A DNA stretch of 64,000 nucleotides from an uncultured virus (IMG/VR IMGVR_UViG_3300025727_000009) (IMGVR_UViG_3300025727_000009:1-64000); one strand, 5' to 3'. Shown: positions 18,847 to 29,532, counted from the stretch's first letter. Program-made: numbers and translations. The notes: generated by a model from the sequence alone, not told the origin.

Positions 18847-20793
18847 TCACCGCATCGTCGACCTGGACTGCATCGCTTTCAGCCCGTCAATCGTCCGGTC
18901 GAGGCCGCGAAGGGCAGAACTGACTGCCGCTTCAGGAACGTCCTTGAGTCCCAGCCTGACCGCAATAAGCAACTCTGCCAGCTTTGTCACACAAGTTTCA
19001 AGGTCCGGGAGAGCTTCGAGAAAACTCTGCGTGTTCTCCGGAGTCAAGAAACTGAGCGACAAGACAGAGTCTACGGTGTCCTGGTCCGCCTCCTGCGCCA
19101 GCGCCGCGGCCTCCTTCAGGAGGTACACGCCTCGGTGCTCAAGTGCCTCGGGCTGAGCTGTCTCCGCGCCCGTGAGCTGGGTAGGCAGGTAGAACTGCAC
19201 GGGGTCGGCGTGGCTCGCAGCACACTTCTCCAACGCTCCTGCGAGAGAGTCGCCCTCCCGCACAAGTGCCCAGACCGTACCCTGGAGGTTGGACCGGCCC
19301 TCGACAGCACCACGAAGGATGTAATCCGAGCCGTCGACCTCGATTGAAGCCAGTTTGTCCATCCGACCGGCACTCTGGTGTGCGTCGGTCACCCGCTCGT
19401 CGCTTACGAAGGCGTCGTGCGCGGGCCGCTTGTTGCAGAAGTACGTGTCCTCGGGAAGGAACAGGGCGCCATCACGCAGGATAGGCGAGGCCACCTTGGT
19501 GAACACCGCCTCGACCGCACCGTGGAACGGGTGCTCCACCGTGTACCGCGGACGACCTTCGACCGTGTAGGAGCTGACCGAGACCGGCTCACTGATGGCC
19601 GCCAGCTTCTGGAAGAAGAACACGCCCGCGCCCTTGGCTTCTTGGGCGGGGATGAAGTTCATGTCCTCCAGCGTAACCGGGCCCTCTAGGACACCCGCGA
19701 CCTTCTCCTGCATCGAGGCCGTGTCACCACCCACGACGAGGACGTTGCTGGACGGGTTGCCGTCCAGGCGCAACACGTTGCGGAAGACCTGCACGGTCTC
19801 CAGCTCCGGGATGCCCTCACGCATCGCGCTGTACGTCCCATTGACGAAGGCGAGCTTGGTCTTGCCCACATGCCCCACAACCGGGAGGGGCTCCGAGGCT
19901 CCGCCGACAACCGTGAACCCCTGAGACATCACCTGCTGGCGCAGGGCAGGCGAGAGCCGCGAACCCTCAGCGTTGGTCAAATCGCGCGAGACCGAGGCGG
20001 TCTTAGCGCGGTAACCGCCATCGGTCTTCTCCAGCAGGACAGGACCGTCGTCGAGAGCCACTTCCATGGCCATCTCGGCGGGCTGCATGTTCTCGATGAT
20101 GCGACCAACCGCCAGCGACAGCGCGGGGGACCGCGTCAGCTCCGACCGGAACCCCTCGGTCCCTGCCATCTTGAGGAGCACGTCCGTGCCCGCCGCCGAG
20201 CTGATGGTCACCCGGTCCAGCAGGCTGCTCGGGCTGGACTGCTTGACCTGCCCCAGTCGCGACCCGCCACCCATGGCCCCCTCGGGCTTGCCGCCCGTGA
20301 AGCCCTGAGTTGTCTGCATCTGGTTGGTCTTCAGCGCAGACGCTGGGGCAACCGCGAACGGAGAGGCGTCGAACATCTGCGCAGCCAGCCGCTGCTCCGA
20401 CAAGGGCCAGAACTGCCCGTTGGGGTCGATGAACACATCGAACCCGTGAGCCTTGTTCTCTTGGACGATGACCGGAATCCGCACCGCCTTCGAGGGGTCC
20501 TCGGGCTCAGGCTGCTCCGACTGTGGGTGGATGGACGACGCCTGTGCCGCGGTATTCGGGGCGGGGATGTCCGTTGCCGCCTTGACCATGAACATGCCGT
20601 ACAGATAGCCCAGGTTTTGCTCCTGGTTCTCAATCTGCAGCTGGATGCTGTAGGTCCCCAGGTACGGGTGCTGCTTGTAGAGCTGCGCTTGCAACTCGGA
20701 TTCGAGGGTAGCCGGGTTGTCGCTCAGCTTGAACTGAGCAGCGACCTTCTCGAAAACAACCCTGGTGTCACGCTCAATCTGAAAGAGTTCCAT
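18847..20793 (-). CDS. Head/virion protein rich in K-x-A motifs
   Basis: 648 aa, about ten K-x-A motifs. Confidence 0.6.
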   Translation of the reverse strand: MELFQIERDTRVVFEKVAAQFKLSDNPATLESELQAQLYKQHPYLGTYSIQLQIENQEQNLGYLYGMFMVKAATDIPAPNTAAQASSIHPQSEQPEPEDPSKAVRIPVIVQENKAHGFDVFIDPNGQFWPLSEQRLAAQMFDASPFAVAPASALKTNQMQTTQGFTGGKPEGAMGGGSRLGQVKQSSPSSLLDRVTISSAAGTDVLLKMAGTEGFRSELTRSPALSLAVGRIIENMQPAEMAMEVALDDGPVLLEKTDGGYRAKTASVSRDLTNAEGSRLSPALRQQVMSQGFTVVGGASEPLPVVGHVGKTKLAFVNGTYSAMREGIPELETVQVFRNVLRLDGNPSSNVLVVGGDTASMQEKVAGVLEGPVTLEDMNFIPAQEAKGAGVFFFQKLAAISEPVSVSSYTVEGRPRYTVEHPFHGAVEAVFTKVASPILRDGALFLPEDTYFCNKRPAHDAFVSDERVTDAHQSAGRMDKLASIEVDGSDYILRGAVEGRSNLQGTVWALVREGDSLAGALEKCAASHADPVQFYLPTQLTGAETAQPEALEHRGVYLLKEAAALAQEADQDTVDSVLSLSFLTPENTQSFLEALPDLETCVTKLAELLIAVRLGLKDVPEAAVSSALRGLDRTIDGLKAMQSRSTMR

Positions 20794-20797
20794 CCGG

Positions 20798-22096
20798 CTA
20801 CCTAGTCGTCTTTAGAAGTGTCGAGGTTGCTCTGGTAATCCCGCCGAGCGTAGGGGACTTCTTAGCCCTCACGATTCCGGCGTTCGTTGAGGGGACCGCC
20901 CCCTCAATGTAGTGCTCGTGGTCACGAATCGCACGAAGCAGGTCGTGGCTGTTAATCACGACGTCGTGTCCGCCAGGGCCACCGAAATCCACACGACCAC
21001 CCCCCGGCGGGGTAATGGTCAGGGCTCCGCCCTCGAACTGCATTCGTACAGCCCCTAGATTCATTGTGGCTTCAGCTGCCCTCATGTGTATCAGTTCGGT
21101 GCTTTCCAAGAGCAGTTCCCTGACCACCGCCTTCAGCCTGTTGGACTCCGCTATAGCCTCGATGAAGCTAGCTCCGAAGACAACTTTACCCTTTTGCCCT
21201 AGCTTGAGGTACAGCGACTCGGTTTCTACCTGGATATGGCCCTTCGACATCATGAAGCAGTCACCCTCTCGGGAGACCTGTACGGCGTACGTAACCGCGG
21301 GCACCTCGTCGCGCGACATCACGGTGCAGCTGAGCACCCCAATATTAGTCGCTAATAGTTCGTAGTCGTCCTGCTTGTTCCTGGCAAATGTGTGGTGCTT
21401 GCCAGCCTTCTCCGGGTCCAGCACATCGAACGTCAGCTGCCCGAAACGAACCTCCACCGCCGCTGCGGTGTCCTCGATGGACTCTTTGAAGTCGTACTCA
21501 ATCAGCACAGCAACGGTGTCGTCGTCTTCCTCCAGGATAGTCGCGTGCCCCCACTCGATGCGCCCCTGCGGCGACCGGGCCTGATAGCGCTCGAAGTAGT
21601 CCCGGATGACATTGCCAACGGGGATGTACAGCCGCTGGGCGATACCCGTTGCCGCAATCTGGACGATGCCCCCGCGACGAAGGACAACACGGTTGCCATC
21701 CTTGGTCGCCATCGCGATGTCGCCGGGCTCCATGTCCAAGCGGAAGCCCGAGAAGTCCGGCCCCTTCGAGGACTCGATGAGCGTAGGGGTGCCGTTCTTA
21801 TCGAAGACCTCCCCCTCGACGGACTGTGGGTTGGTAACGAACCCCATCAGCATGGACGTGCCGTCTGCTGACGTGAACACGTAGGCGTAGGCACCCACCT
21901 CGGGCATCACGTACACACCACCGCCGTGGTCGGGGTGGCAGTACAGCGAGGCAAAGGGCATCTCCGCATGAGGCTTGTGCGTGAACACCCCCATGAGGCT
22001 CACCGTGAACTCGGTGGTGTTCACATCGGTAACTTCGCACAGCTCCAGCCGCCCTGGGCGCGACGCCTGCTCAGGGGATTTAGAGAGCCCACTCAT
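20798..22096 (-). CDS. Baseplate spike/hub-like protein (gp5/GpV OB-fold N-terminus)
   Basis: GGGVYVMPEVGAYAYV motif typical of gp5/GpV OB domains, a beta-rich C-terminus, and HEH near the end. Confidence 0.5.
   Translation of the reverse strand: MSGLSKSPEQASRPGRLELCEVTDVNTTEFTVSLMGVFTHKPHAEMPFASLYCHPDHGGGVYVMPEVGAYAYVFTSADGTSMLMGFVTNPQSVEGEVFDKNGTPTLIESSKGPDFSGFRLDMEPGDIAMATKDGNRVVLRRGGIVQIAATGIAQRLYIPVGNVIRDYFERYQARSPQGRIEWGHATILEEDDDTVAVLIEYDFKESIEDTAAAVEVRFGQLTFDVLDPEKAGKHHTFARNKQDDYELLATNIGVLSCTVMSRDEVPAVTYAVQVSREGDCFMMSKGHIQVETESLYLKLGQKGKVVFGASFIEAIAESNRLKAVVRELLLESTELIHMRAAEATMNLGAVRMQFEGGALTITPPGGGRVDFGGPGGHDVVINSHDLLRAIRDHEHYIEGAVPSTNAGIVRAKKSPTLGGITRATSTLLKTTR
21343..21357. repeat. 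Dispersed palindrome TATTAGTCGCTAATA
   Basis: Inside a CDS, read as LLATNI. Confidence 0.9.
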
Positions 22097-25000
22097 TAGT
22101 ACGGGCTCTTGGAGCCTGAGTCGGGCTTACCGAACTCAGCTGTGTACGCAATGCCGGGAGCCGGGTGGACCCCATGGATGTCCGACTTCCAACCCTCGTT
22201 CGCCGCGCGGGTGAAGGTCTCCTTGAGCTTCCGGTACTGCAGTCGAGCAATCCAGTCCGTGGTCTGGTCCAGGGCCAGGGTCTCGACGCCGCGGAGAACG
22301 GGGACGACCTTGACGGTCTCCTTCCCCTTGTTGGCTCGGTTGAGGGCGTTCACCTTCGTCAAACTCACGTAGTCATTACGGATGATGCCCTCCTCGTCGC
22401 CCACTTCACCGGGGTCTTCTACAACACCCAAGTTCGTAAGCGCGCGGACGACGACCTCGACGTTTCGCTTCTTGACCCCCGCCTCCGCATACACCCCGTG
22501 GACCTCGTCGGTCAGGTAACGCTGCACCCGGTCCAGGTTGGTCAGCGTCAATAGCTCTCGGGGGTCAACCGGCCCCGAGCTGAGGGCATCACCCTTCTTG
22601 ACCGTAGCGCCCACCTTGAACTGGAGTGTCCGACCGTGCGGTATGTAGTGCTCCTCGCCGCCGACAGTGATGTCGTAACCGCCCACCGCGCTCTTCGCTA
22701 TCTTGCCCACGCGCCCGGGGACCTGAGCCAACGTGGCCTTCCCCGGCAGGGTCTGAGGAATCTTCAAGAGCTGCTTCACGCGTTCGATGCCACCCACCAC
22801 AGAGCTACCGCCCGCACCGGAAGCGCCGCCTGTGTGGAACACCCGCATACTCAGCTGCGTACCGACCTCACCGATAGCCTGACCAGCGATGACCCCGATG
22901 TTTGTCCCGAGCGCAACGGGGCCACCCCCGTCCATAGCGCCGTAGCACTTCGCGCACATCCCCTGGTGGGACTCACACTTCGTCGGCGACCGGACAACCA
23001 GACCGTCCACACGCGCGGCCTTGAGACTTGTAACCATCTGCGGCGTGATGAGACTTCCTGCCCGGAACGACTGCCCCTTCGCCTTGACTCCCTTGACGAG
23101 AACGCGGTCTACAAGGTCGCTGTCCCCAATCTTCATGTGGATGCCCGTGGTCGTTCCGCAGTCCTCGACGGTGATGACCTGTGGGATGGCCGTGTTCACA
23201 ATCTGCTTGGAGAGCGCTCCCGGCTCACTCACGGACTGCACCTTCTCGATAAGCCCCTTCCGCGCACCGGACGACGCCGTCCAGTAGCCCGCGGTGGAGA
23301 GCCCTTCTGCGTAGGACTTAGTCACAGGAACAGGGATGATACGTCCGTCCGCGTTCTCCATCAGGAGGGGCGCGATGATGAGCTGCTGGAGCTGGGACCA
23401 GCCCGGCTTCACGCCCGCCTTGTACATGGTGTACAGCCGGTTCCCAGTAGCCTGCAGGTACTTCTCCGCGTCGTTTTTGATGTCAGCCGTCGCCTTTTGG
23501 TACAGCGCGACAACCTTGCCGTCCTGCTCTTTCCGTGTGCCGCCCGCCCCGCGGACCACCTTCTCGCGTGCCTGCGCGACCTTCAGGTGCTTATCCCGAA
23601 TCGTGCTCAGGGTATTGAAGTCGTCAGAATCAAAACTGAACCCGCTGCTGTAGGCGAACCCGAAGCCGAGGTCCTTCAGCTTGTCTACAGAGTTAGCGAA
23701 CTGCGCAGGATGGTCGGTGGCTAGGTCCCGCAGCACACCTTGGAGGCTCTTATTATTCAGGGTGAAGTCCGCATCCTCCAGCAGTTCCGCGGTTCGCAGA
23801 CTCGCAGGAAGGGCACCCGCAATCTTCAATCGCCCGGCGGTGGTCTTCTTCCCGTCCACTGTGACCACATCGGTCATGGCGATGTCGCCCTTGTTGGCCG
23901 CGTCGATGGCGTCCTTGTTGCTCGCGAACTTCTCCCGGGAGCGCTTCCCGAACTGCGTGAGCATGAACAGCCCCAGCTGCCCCTCCAGCGAGGGTTGGTA
24001 CATGACCTTCCCGGTCGAGGGGTTGAAGAGGTTCTTGCTGGGCATCATCTTGTACGCCTCGTCGACCGCGCCCTGCGAGATAGGCACGAACACCCCCATC
24101 GCGTCCCCGTCGAAGTCAGCGTTGAAGCCCCCCACCACCAACGGGTGGATATGGATGGCCTTCTCGTCGTCGATGATGCGCGCCTTGAACGCCATGATGC
24201 CGAACTTGTGCAGCACCGGGTCTCGCTTGAAGAGGACCGGGCGCTTGGAGGCCACGACCGCGAGCGCCTTGTTCGCCAGCGACGTGTCCTTCTCGATTTC
24301 TTCCCGCGCCTGGAGAGGTGTGTAGCCCATGGCCACCATCTCCTTGACGACGAAGGGCCGGAAGATTTTCATCGCCCCCTTCTTCGGGAGGCCCATCTCG
24401 TCCAGGTGCAGGCTCATATCCGGGACGATGACCGACCGCATGGTCAGGTCCTGCTTGCGGTCGAGGATGGCCTTGTGGAAGTAGCTCTCCTTGGGCGAGG
24501 TGCGCCCTGAGAGGATGTTGAGGATGCCAGGGGGCCTGGGCTGCCCATCAGTCGTCAAACCCTGGTCAGAGGCCGTGGCGGTACCCATGAGTGCTTCGAC
24601 GGCGCTGTACAGTTCAGTGCGGAGCTTGAACAGCTCCGCGTCCGGCAGAACCCCTTTGGCTGCCTTCAGCTGGTCACTCAGCAACGAGACATCCCGGTAG
24701 AGCAGGTTGAGTCCGTCCACGTTGAGGTCACCCGCCTCCATCACAGAAATGGGGCGGAACTGCGGCGGAACGACCGGAAGGTTCTCCAGGACGTACGCCT
24801 CTCTAGCTGACAGCCCCGTCTTGTTGAGCATCAGGAGGTACTTGATTCTCTTGTTGACCTTGTCGAGGCTGCTGCGGCGAGCGGTCTTGATTTCTTCCTT
24901 GGCCGCGGTCAGCTCCTTGTCGACTTCGATGCCGGACAGTGCCGCTGCAAGGGCAGCGGGCCCGGTAGCCCCGCCCTCCTCTGTGACCTTGCCATCCTTG

Positions 25001-28000
25001 TCCAGCGAGACCTTCCCCGCGAGGATGCCGTCGTACTGCTTACCAGTGAGCCCGAGCAGCGACCGAATACCCTTCTCAAAGAGGGGGTTGGGCATGGACT
25101 CAGCCAGGACCAAGTGGCTCCAGTTCTTCCCGCCAACGCCGCCTGTGATTTCCTCATCGAAGAGGCCGCCCTTCTCCGGGCGCAGGTCCTTACCACGGAC
25201 CACCTTGCCGCCGTCCTCCAACGCACCGGACGACATCTCAGTAATCTGCTTGTCGGTCATGGGGAGCACGACAAGCTCGTTGCCGTGCTTCTCGACGTTG
25301 ACTCCGAGCCCGTTGAGGTACCCGAGAAACTTCTCGTACGCAAACGACGGGCGGGGCGCGGGAAGCATCTGCCCTGTCTGAATGGCCGTCCAGATTTCGT
25401 CCTGGGACCGGTCTGAGTTCCCAACCAGGAAGCCGCGAACGAAGTACCTGTGCGTATCCTCCACCTCCAAATTGAACAAGTACTTCCCCCGCCATTCCGG
25501 CAGGTCTCCCAAGCACCCAGCAGGCTCAACTGCGTCAACCGGGGTCTCCACCAATCCCGGGGCACCAGGAGCAGAAAACTCAACCAGCTTCTGCCCAATA
25601 GGGGCCACCACATCGCAGGTCTTGTAAGACAAACTAGGGTGAAGGTACGGACCCAGCTTGCTCAAGAAGTGCTCTGCGGCCACTCCGTGCTTCTTGAGGT
25701 GGTCGACGTTGTCGTTGAAGTGCACCTCCGTCAGCCGCTCGATAGCCGCGATGGCAGACTTCCGCTCATCCGAGTTCATCGAGTAGACCGCAAGACCCGC
25801 CTGCACACCGCCGCCATTACTCAGCGAACGATACCCACAGCCATCGTCCTGGAACCAAATTGCCAATGACCTCAACGTCAGCAGGTCCCACACCTCCTGT
25901 GGGAAGCGCCTCTCCCCAGAGGCATAAAACTGACGATGCAATTTCAGGAACTCAGGCGTAGCGAAGCTGGACCACTCCACCATCTGCTGCCCACAGCTGA
26001 AGCCTTGGTACCCCGCGGTGTATTCCCGCAGCTCTCGGTGCGTGAACGAACTCAGTGCATCCGCCTTGAACTGGAGATACTCCCGCTGCTTCACCGAATG
26101 GCGTTCCTGGAAGTAAGGAAACCGCGAAGTCTCCTTCTGCGCCATGTAACCATCCCCCAGGAGTGAGCCCAGCAGAAGGTCATGCTGGCCCTCCGAAAGC
26201 TCGTTTCCCCAGGTGAGTATGGCATCCACCCCAGGGCGGAGGTCTTTCGCCCACACCTTCTCCAGCTGCCCCTCGCGCCGAACGTAGAACTGGTGCTCCT
26301 CGGTACAGAGAACCGTCCCTTTCACGAAGGCAAACTCGCCGCTCCGCCTGCGGTGCGCCGTAACACGCACAAGCCGGTCCTGCTCCCCGTTACGCCTCCA
26401 GTAATTCTTGATGGGCCGGTAGCACAGCCCTTCTTCGTCCGACCACGTCAGCACCTTGACCGGGAGGCGATTGGTGACAATCTTTCCAATCTCGATTTCG
26501 CCTTGGTCGGTCAGCACCTTCTCGTGATACGGGAAGCACTTCCACGACAGAGCGTCGCGGATGTTGTTGACCGCGCCGTGGGCAATCATCGCGTAGAGGC
26601 CCAGCTCGCCGTACCGCTGAGCGCCGTCGTTACCACCGTAGGTACCTCGCGGCACCATGTTGGCGTTGTAAGCATGCCCGTAGCCGTGCGCGCGGGCAGA
26701 CAGCTTCTTGTCGACTTGGTGTTCCTGCTTGAGGATGTACTGGTGCCCCGTCATGACTGGGCCCAGGCTCTTCCCCGTCTCCGGGTCGAACAGCTCCGTC
26801 GTCTCCGACAGGCCCTTCTTCTCCAGGATTTGGTCAATGAGCCCCTTGTAACCGGTCTCGTACTCGTAGGGTTCAATCCAGATGCGCTTCGAGCCCTTCC
26901 CGGACTTGATTGTCCGGTAGTGCCCCTTGACCTGGACGATCTTGGTGGACACGTCGCCCACGCTGATGCGGTGCCCCTCGTCGCCATCGAAGTTCGAGAC
27001 CGCGTAGGGCTTCCCGTCCTCGACCGCTGCGAGCGTGATGGCGTTCTCCAGGACCTGCCCAGGATTGATGCGCCCAGGAACACCCGAGGGGTTCAGCACA
27101 ATCTCCAGCGGGGCACCATCGCCATCCCGGGGCATCTCCTCGTCCGGGAGGATGGCAACCACGACGCCTTTGTTCCCATGGCGTGAGGTCAGCTTGTCGC
27201 CGATGTCGGCCTCTTCTGCCGTCTTGACGTAAGCGACGACCTCTTTGCCGTTACGCACGACCTCCGTGACCACACCCGTGTACGGCTTGTTCCACGTGAG
27301 CGAGCGGTCCCTGTAGGGCTTGGCCAAGCTCTTGTGGATGCCCTTGAGCATGATTTGCTCTGCCGAAGGGTCCGCCTCCTTGAGCACTGTGGCAATCACG
27401 TCACCAGGGCGGACGATTTCGCCACGCTTGATGACCCCATCCTCGTCGAGCTTGGCGGCGTTCGCGTCAGAGACAACCCCGGGGAAGTTCGCACGGAACT
27501 TCTTCAGCCCCATCATCATCCCGGTGTCCAGGTACACACGCGGCTTGTGCAGGTGCTCACTGGTGAGCTTCTTGGCGGCCGTCTCACTAATGGTGATGCC
27601 GTCCTCGTAGTTGAGCCCCTTGTACGCCAGATAGCCCACGCGCAGATTGGTGCCCATCGAGAGGACGCCGCCCTTGGTGAAGCTAGTGTCAGCGATGACG
27701 TCGTCCTTCTTGACCTCGTCGCCCTTCTGCACCAGGGGCTTGCTGGTAACGAACGCCTTGGAGTCGTTGAGGGGGTAGTTATCGTAGAGCTGGACAACGT
27801 GCTTCTTGCCGTCGTCCCCTGCCACCACAATGCGCTCGGCTTCGACCGACTTCACCGTCCCGGACACCGGGCTGGCGTGTGACTGCATTTGGCCGAGAAT
27901 CTTCTCCCAGGTGTCCCATGCCGGCTGGTCCGAGCCAGAAGCCACCTGAAGAAGGGGCTCCTCGGGGTTCTTCAGCGGAACCGTCTGCTCCATGTGACGC

Positions 28001-29532
28001 GCAGCCATTCCCGCACGGTTCGCTTGGTCAGAGGGCAAGAACGGTATGAGGTTCGCAGTGAATGAGAACATCGCCTTGGGAGATCGCAGAACATAGTCCA
28101 CCTCGTTGGCTTTCACATTGGTGGGGTCACCCTCACCCCCGCGGATGACCGTGATGAGGTCTTTCCGAGGCTTGAAGGTCTTTCCGTCTCCCGTGTCGTA
28201 CTGGTCGGGAAAGGCCAGCGTCTTCCCGTGCAGCTCCGTGGGGGAGACATCCGCCCACTTGCTGTTCTTCACGTCCCACACCTTGATGACCGGCTCGTTG
28301 CCTCGCTTGGAGACACCCAGCGTCAGGTGCGTGGTGATACCACTTCGGGTCCCCTCCGGGCTGTGAAACGGGTCAGTGAAGCCCATCTGGCTAGAGTCCA
28401 GCATCTTGGCAGAATGACTGACCGCGTTCTCCGTGCTGATACCGCCGGTGCCCATCAGGGTGGCTTTGAGGTGCCCGCCAATCATGTCGACCGGGTTCAG
28501 CTGTGAGGGGCGCTGAGACAGGGAGGTCGAGGTGAAGAACGACTTGACCGGGACGTTGAAAACGTCAGGGGTCACAATCTTGCGGATGTCGTCACGGCGG
28601 TCCAGGTTGTTGCGGATCTTCCGCTCCACCCGACGACGCGAGTTCTTGATGCGCTCCGGGAGGTGGTCGGCCACCGTCCACAGCTCCTTGAACCGGAGGG
28701 AGTCACGGTTGTCCACCTCGGCCGTCCCACGAGAAACGCCGAGCAGCTTATTAGCCGCTAATAGCAGCGCCTCGCCGGTGACGGTCGTGAAGCCCTTGCC
28801 CAAGGTGACGCTGGTGGTGTCCGGGCGAAGCTCGGTCGCCGCGAACGACTCACGTACAACATCCTCGACCTCCTCGGGAGTGGTCGCTTCGGACCGGGGG
28901 TTCAGGGTCTTGGCGAGCTTCGCCATCTGCCCTTTGCGCTGAAGGCGTGCGGCGGTCTGGTAGACCTCCGGCCCCCAGGCCGTCTCCATCTCCTCGGCGC
29001 TGATACCCAGTGTCTGAAGAAGGGGCACGAGGGGCGTGTTGGTCGTCCCGTGGGTGGCCAGGAACTGGCGCTTCTTGGGGTCGAAGCTCACACGGAACCC
29101 GCGGCCCTTGCTCAGGTTGAACTGGGTCTCCAGTCCGCCGTTAGCCTTCATACGTGTGTACGCGCCGGCCTTGAGGCGCCACTGGTTGTCTGCTTGGTAC
29201 TCCGTCCCGTCCACGATGAACGAGTACCGGCGGGTGTAGTGCGGCAGATTCAGCAGCCGCACGCCCTTGGTTTTCGACACCACTTTGCCGGAGGCTTTGT
29301 CCACCAGCTCCATGTCCGCGAGGATGGGGACCGCCCATGTCCGATTGCGGACCCTGGCCCGCTTTTGAGCGTGTATGTCGTCGATGTGGACGTTGGGCCC
29401 AGCATAGACGTTTGTAGCGCGCAAGATGCGCGTCCGCCCCTCAATCGGGAGGGTGTCTTTGAGAACCTGGATTGTGCCGTCTTTGAGGGCTTGCATCGCC
29501 CTCTCTGGGTCCAGGGTATGGATATCCGCCAT
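22096..29532 (-). CDS. rpoBC: Fused RNA polymerase beta-beta' subunit containing an intein (ORF open to 29571)
   Basis: Beta motifs SPEG..SG, LIPFL..D..NRA.M, GLNYEDG, GDKLTSRHGNKGVV and QRYGE are followed in frame by beta' motifs RSVI, RDPVLH, FNADFDGD, GARKGL and GEVGTQLSMRVFHTGG. Confidence 0.95.
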   Translation of the reverse strand: MADIHTLDPERAMQALKDGTIQVLKDTLPIEGRTRILRATNVYAGPNVHIDDIHAQKRARVRNRTWAVPILADMELVDKASGKVVSKTKGVRLLNLPHYTRRYSFIVDGTEYQADNQWRLKAGAYTRMKANGGLETQFNLSKGRGFRVSFDPKKRQFLATHGTTNTPLVPLLQTLGISAEEMETAWGPEVYQTAARLQRKGQMAKLAKTLNPRSEATTPEEVEDVVRESFAATELRPDTTSVTLGKGFTTVTGEALLLAANKLLGVSRGTAEVDNRDSLRFKELWTVADHLPERIKNSRRRVERKIRNNLDRRDDIRKIVTPDVFNVPVKSFFTSTSLSQRPSQLNPVDMIGGHLKATLMGTGGISTENAVSHSAKMLDSSQMGFTDPFHSPEGTRSGITTHLTLGVSKRGNEPVIKVWDVKNSKWADVSPTELHGKTLAFPDQYDTGDGKTFKPRKDLITVIRGGEGDPTNVKANEVDYVLRSPKAMFSFTANLIPFLPSDQANRAGMAARHMEQTVPLKNPEEPLLQVASGSDQPAWDTWEKILGQMQSHASPVSGTVKSVEAERIVVAGDDGKKHVVQLYDNYPLNDSKAFVTSKPLVQKGDEVKKDDVIADTSFTKGGVLSMGTNLRVGYLAYKGLNYEDGITISETAAKKLTSEHLHKPRVYLDTGMMMGLKKFRANFPGVVSDANAAKLDEDGVIKRGEIVRPGDVIATVLKEADPSAEQIMLKGIHKSLAKPYRDRSLTWNKPYTGVVTEVVRNGKEVVAYVKTAEEADIGDKLTSRHGNKGVVVAILPDEEMPRDGDGAPLEIVLNPSGVPGRINPGQVLENAITLAAVEDGKPYAVSNFDGDEGHRISVGDVSTKIVQVKGHYRTIKSGKGSKRIWIEPYEYETGYKGLIDQILEKKGLSETTELFDPETGKSLGPVMTGHQYILKQEHQVDKKLSARAHGYGHAYNANMVPRGTYGGNDGAQRYGELGLYAMIAHGAVNNIRDALSWKCFPYHEKVLTDQGEIEIGKIVTNRLPVKVLTWSDEEGLCYRPIKNYWRRNGEQDRLVRVTAHRRRSGEFAFVKGTVLCTEEHQFYVRREGQLEKVWAKDLRPGVDAILTWGNELSEGQHDLLLGSLLGDGYMAQKETSRFPYFQERHSVKQREYLQFKADALSSFTHRELREYTAGYQGFSCGQQMVEWSSFATPEFLKLHRQFYASGERRFPQEVWDLLTLRSLAIWFQDDGCGYRSLSNGGGVQAGLAVYSMNSDERKSAIAAIERLTEVHFNDNVDHLKKHGVAAEHFLSKLGPYLHPSLSYKTCDVVAPIGQKLVEFSAPGAPGLVETPVDAVEPAGCLGDLPEWRGKYLFNLEVEDTHRYFVRGFLVGNSDRSQDEIWTAIQTGQMLPAPRPSFAYEKFLGYLNGLGVNVEKHGNELVVLPMTDKQITEMSSGALEDGGKVVRGKDLRPEKGGLFDEEITGGVGGKNWSHLVLAESMPNPLFEKGIRSLLGLTGKQYDGILAGKVSLDKDGKVTEEGGATGPAALAAALSGIEVDKELTAAKEEIKTARRSSLDKVNKRIKYLLMLNKTGLSAREAYVLENLPVVPPQFRPISVMEAGDLNVDGLNLLYRDVSLLSDQLKAAKGVLPDAELFKLRTELYSAVEALMGTATASDQGLTTDGQPRPPGILNILSGRTSPKESYFHKAILDRKQDLTMRSVIVPDMSLHLDEMGLPKKGAMKIFRPFVVKEMVAMGYTPLQAREEIEKDTSLANKALAVVASKRPVLFKRDPVLHKFGIMAFKARIIDDEKAIHIHPLVVGGFNADFDGDAMGVFVPISQGAVDEAYKMMPSKNLFNPSTGKVMYQPSLEGQLGLFMLTQFGKRSREKFASNKDAIDAANKGDIAMTDVVTVDGKKTTAGRLKIAGALPASLRTAELLEDADFTLNNKSLQGVLRDLATDHPAQFANSVDKLKDLGFGFAYSSGFSFDSDDFNTLSTIRDKHLKVAQAREKVVRGAGGTRKEQDGKVVALYQKATADIKNDAEKYLQATGNRLYTMYKAGVKPGWSQLQQLIIAPLLMENADGRIIPVPVTKSYAEGLSTAGYWTASSGARKGLIEKVQSVSEPGALSKQIVNTAIPQVITVEDCGTTTGIHMKIGDSDLVDRVLVKGVKAKGQSFRAGSLITPQMVTSLKAARVDGLVVRSPTKCESHQGMCAKCYGAMDGGGPVALGTNIGVIAGQAIGEVGTQLSMRVFHTGGASGAGGSSVVGGIERVKQLLKIPQTLPGKATLAQVPGRVGKIAKSAVGGYDITVGGEEHYIPHGRTLQFKVGATVKKGDALSSGPVDPRELLTLTNLDRVQRYLTDEVHGVYAEAGVKKRNVEVVVRALTNLGVVEDPGEVGDEEGIIRNDYVSLTKVNALNRANKGKETVKVVPVLRGVETLALDQTTDWIARLQYRKLKETFTRAANEGWKSDIHGVHPAPGIAYTAEFGKPDSGSKSPY
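25417..26538 (-). mobile_element. Intein with LAGLIDADG endonuclease in the RNAP (374 aa)
   Basis: LSWK|CFPYHEKV...CTEEHQF...LLGSLLGDG...WFQDDG...FLVGN|SD; removal restores the beta C-terminal KSD motif. Confidence 0.9.
28749..28763. repeat. Dispersed palindrome TATTAGCCGCTAATA
   Basis: Inside the RNAP CDS, read as LLAANK. Confidence 0.9.
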
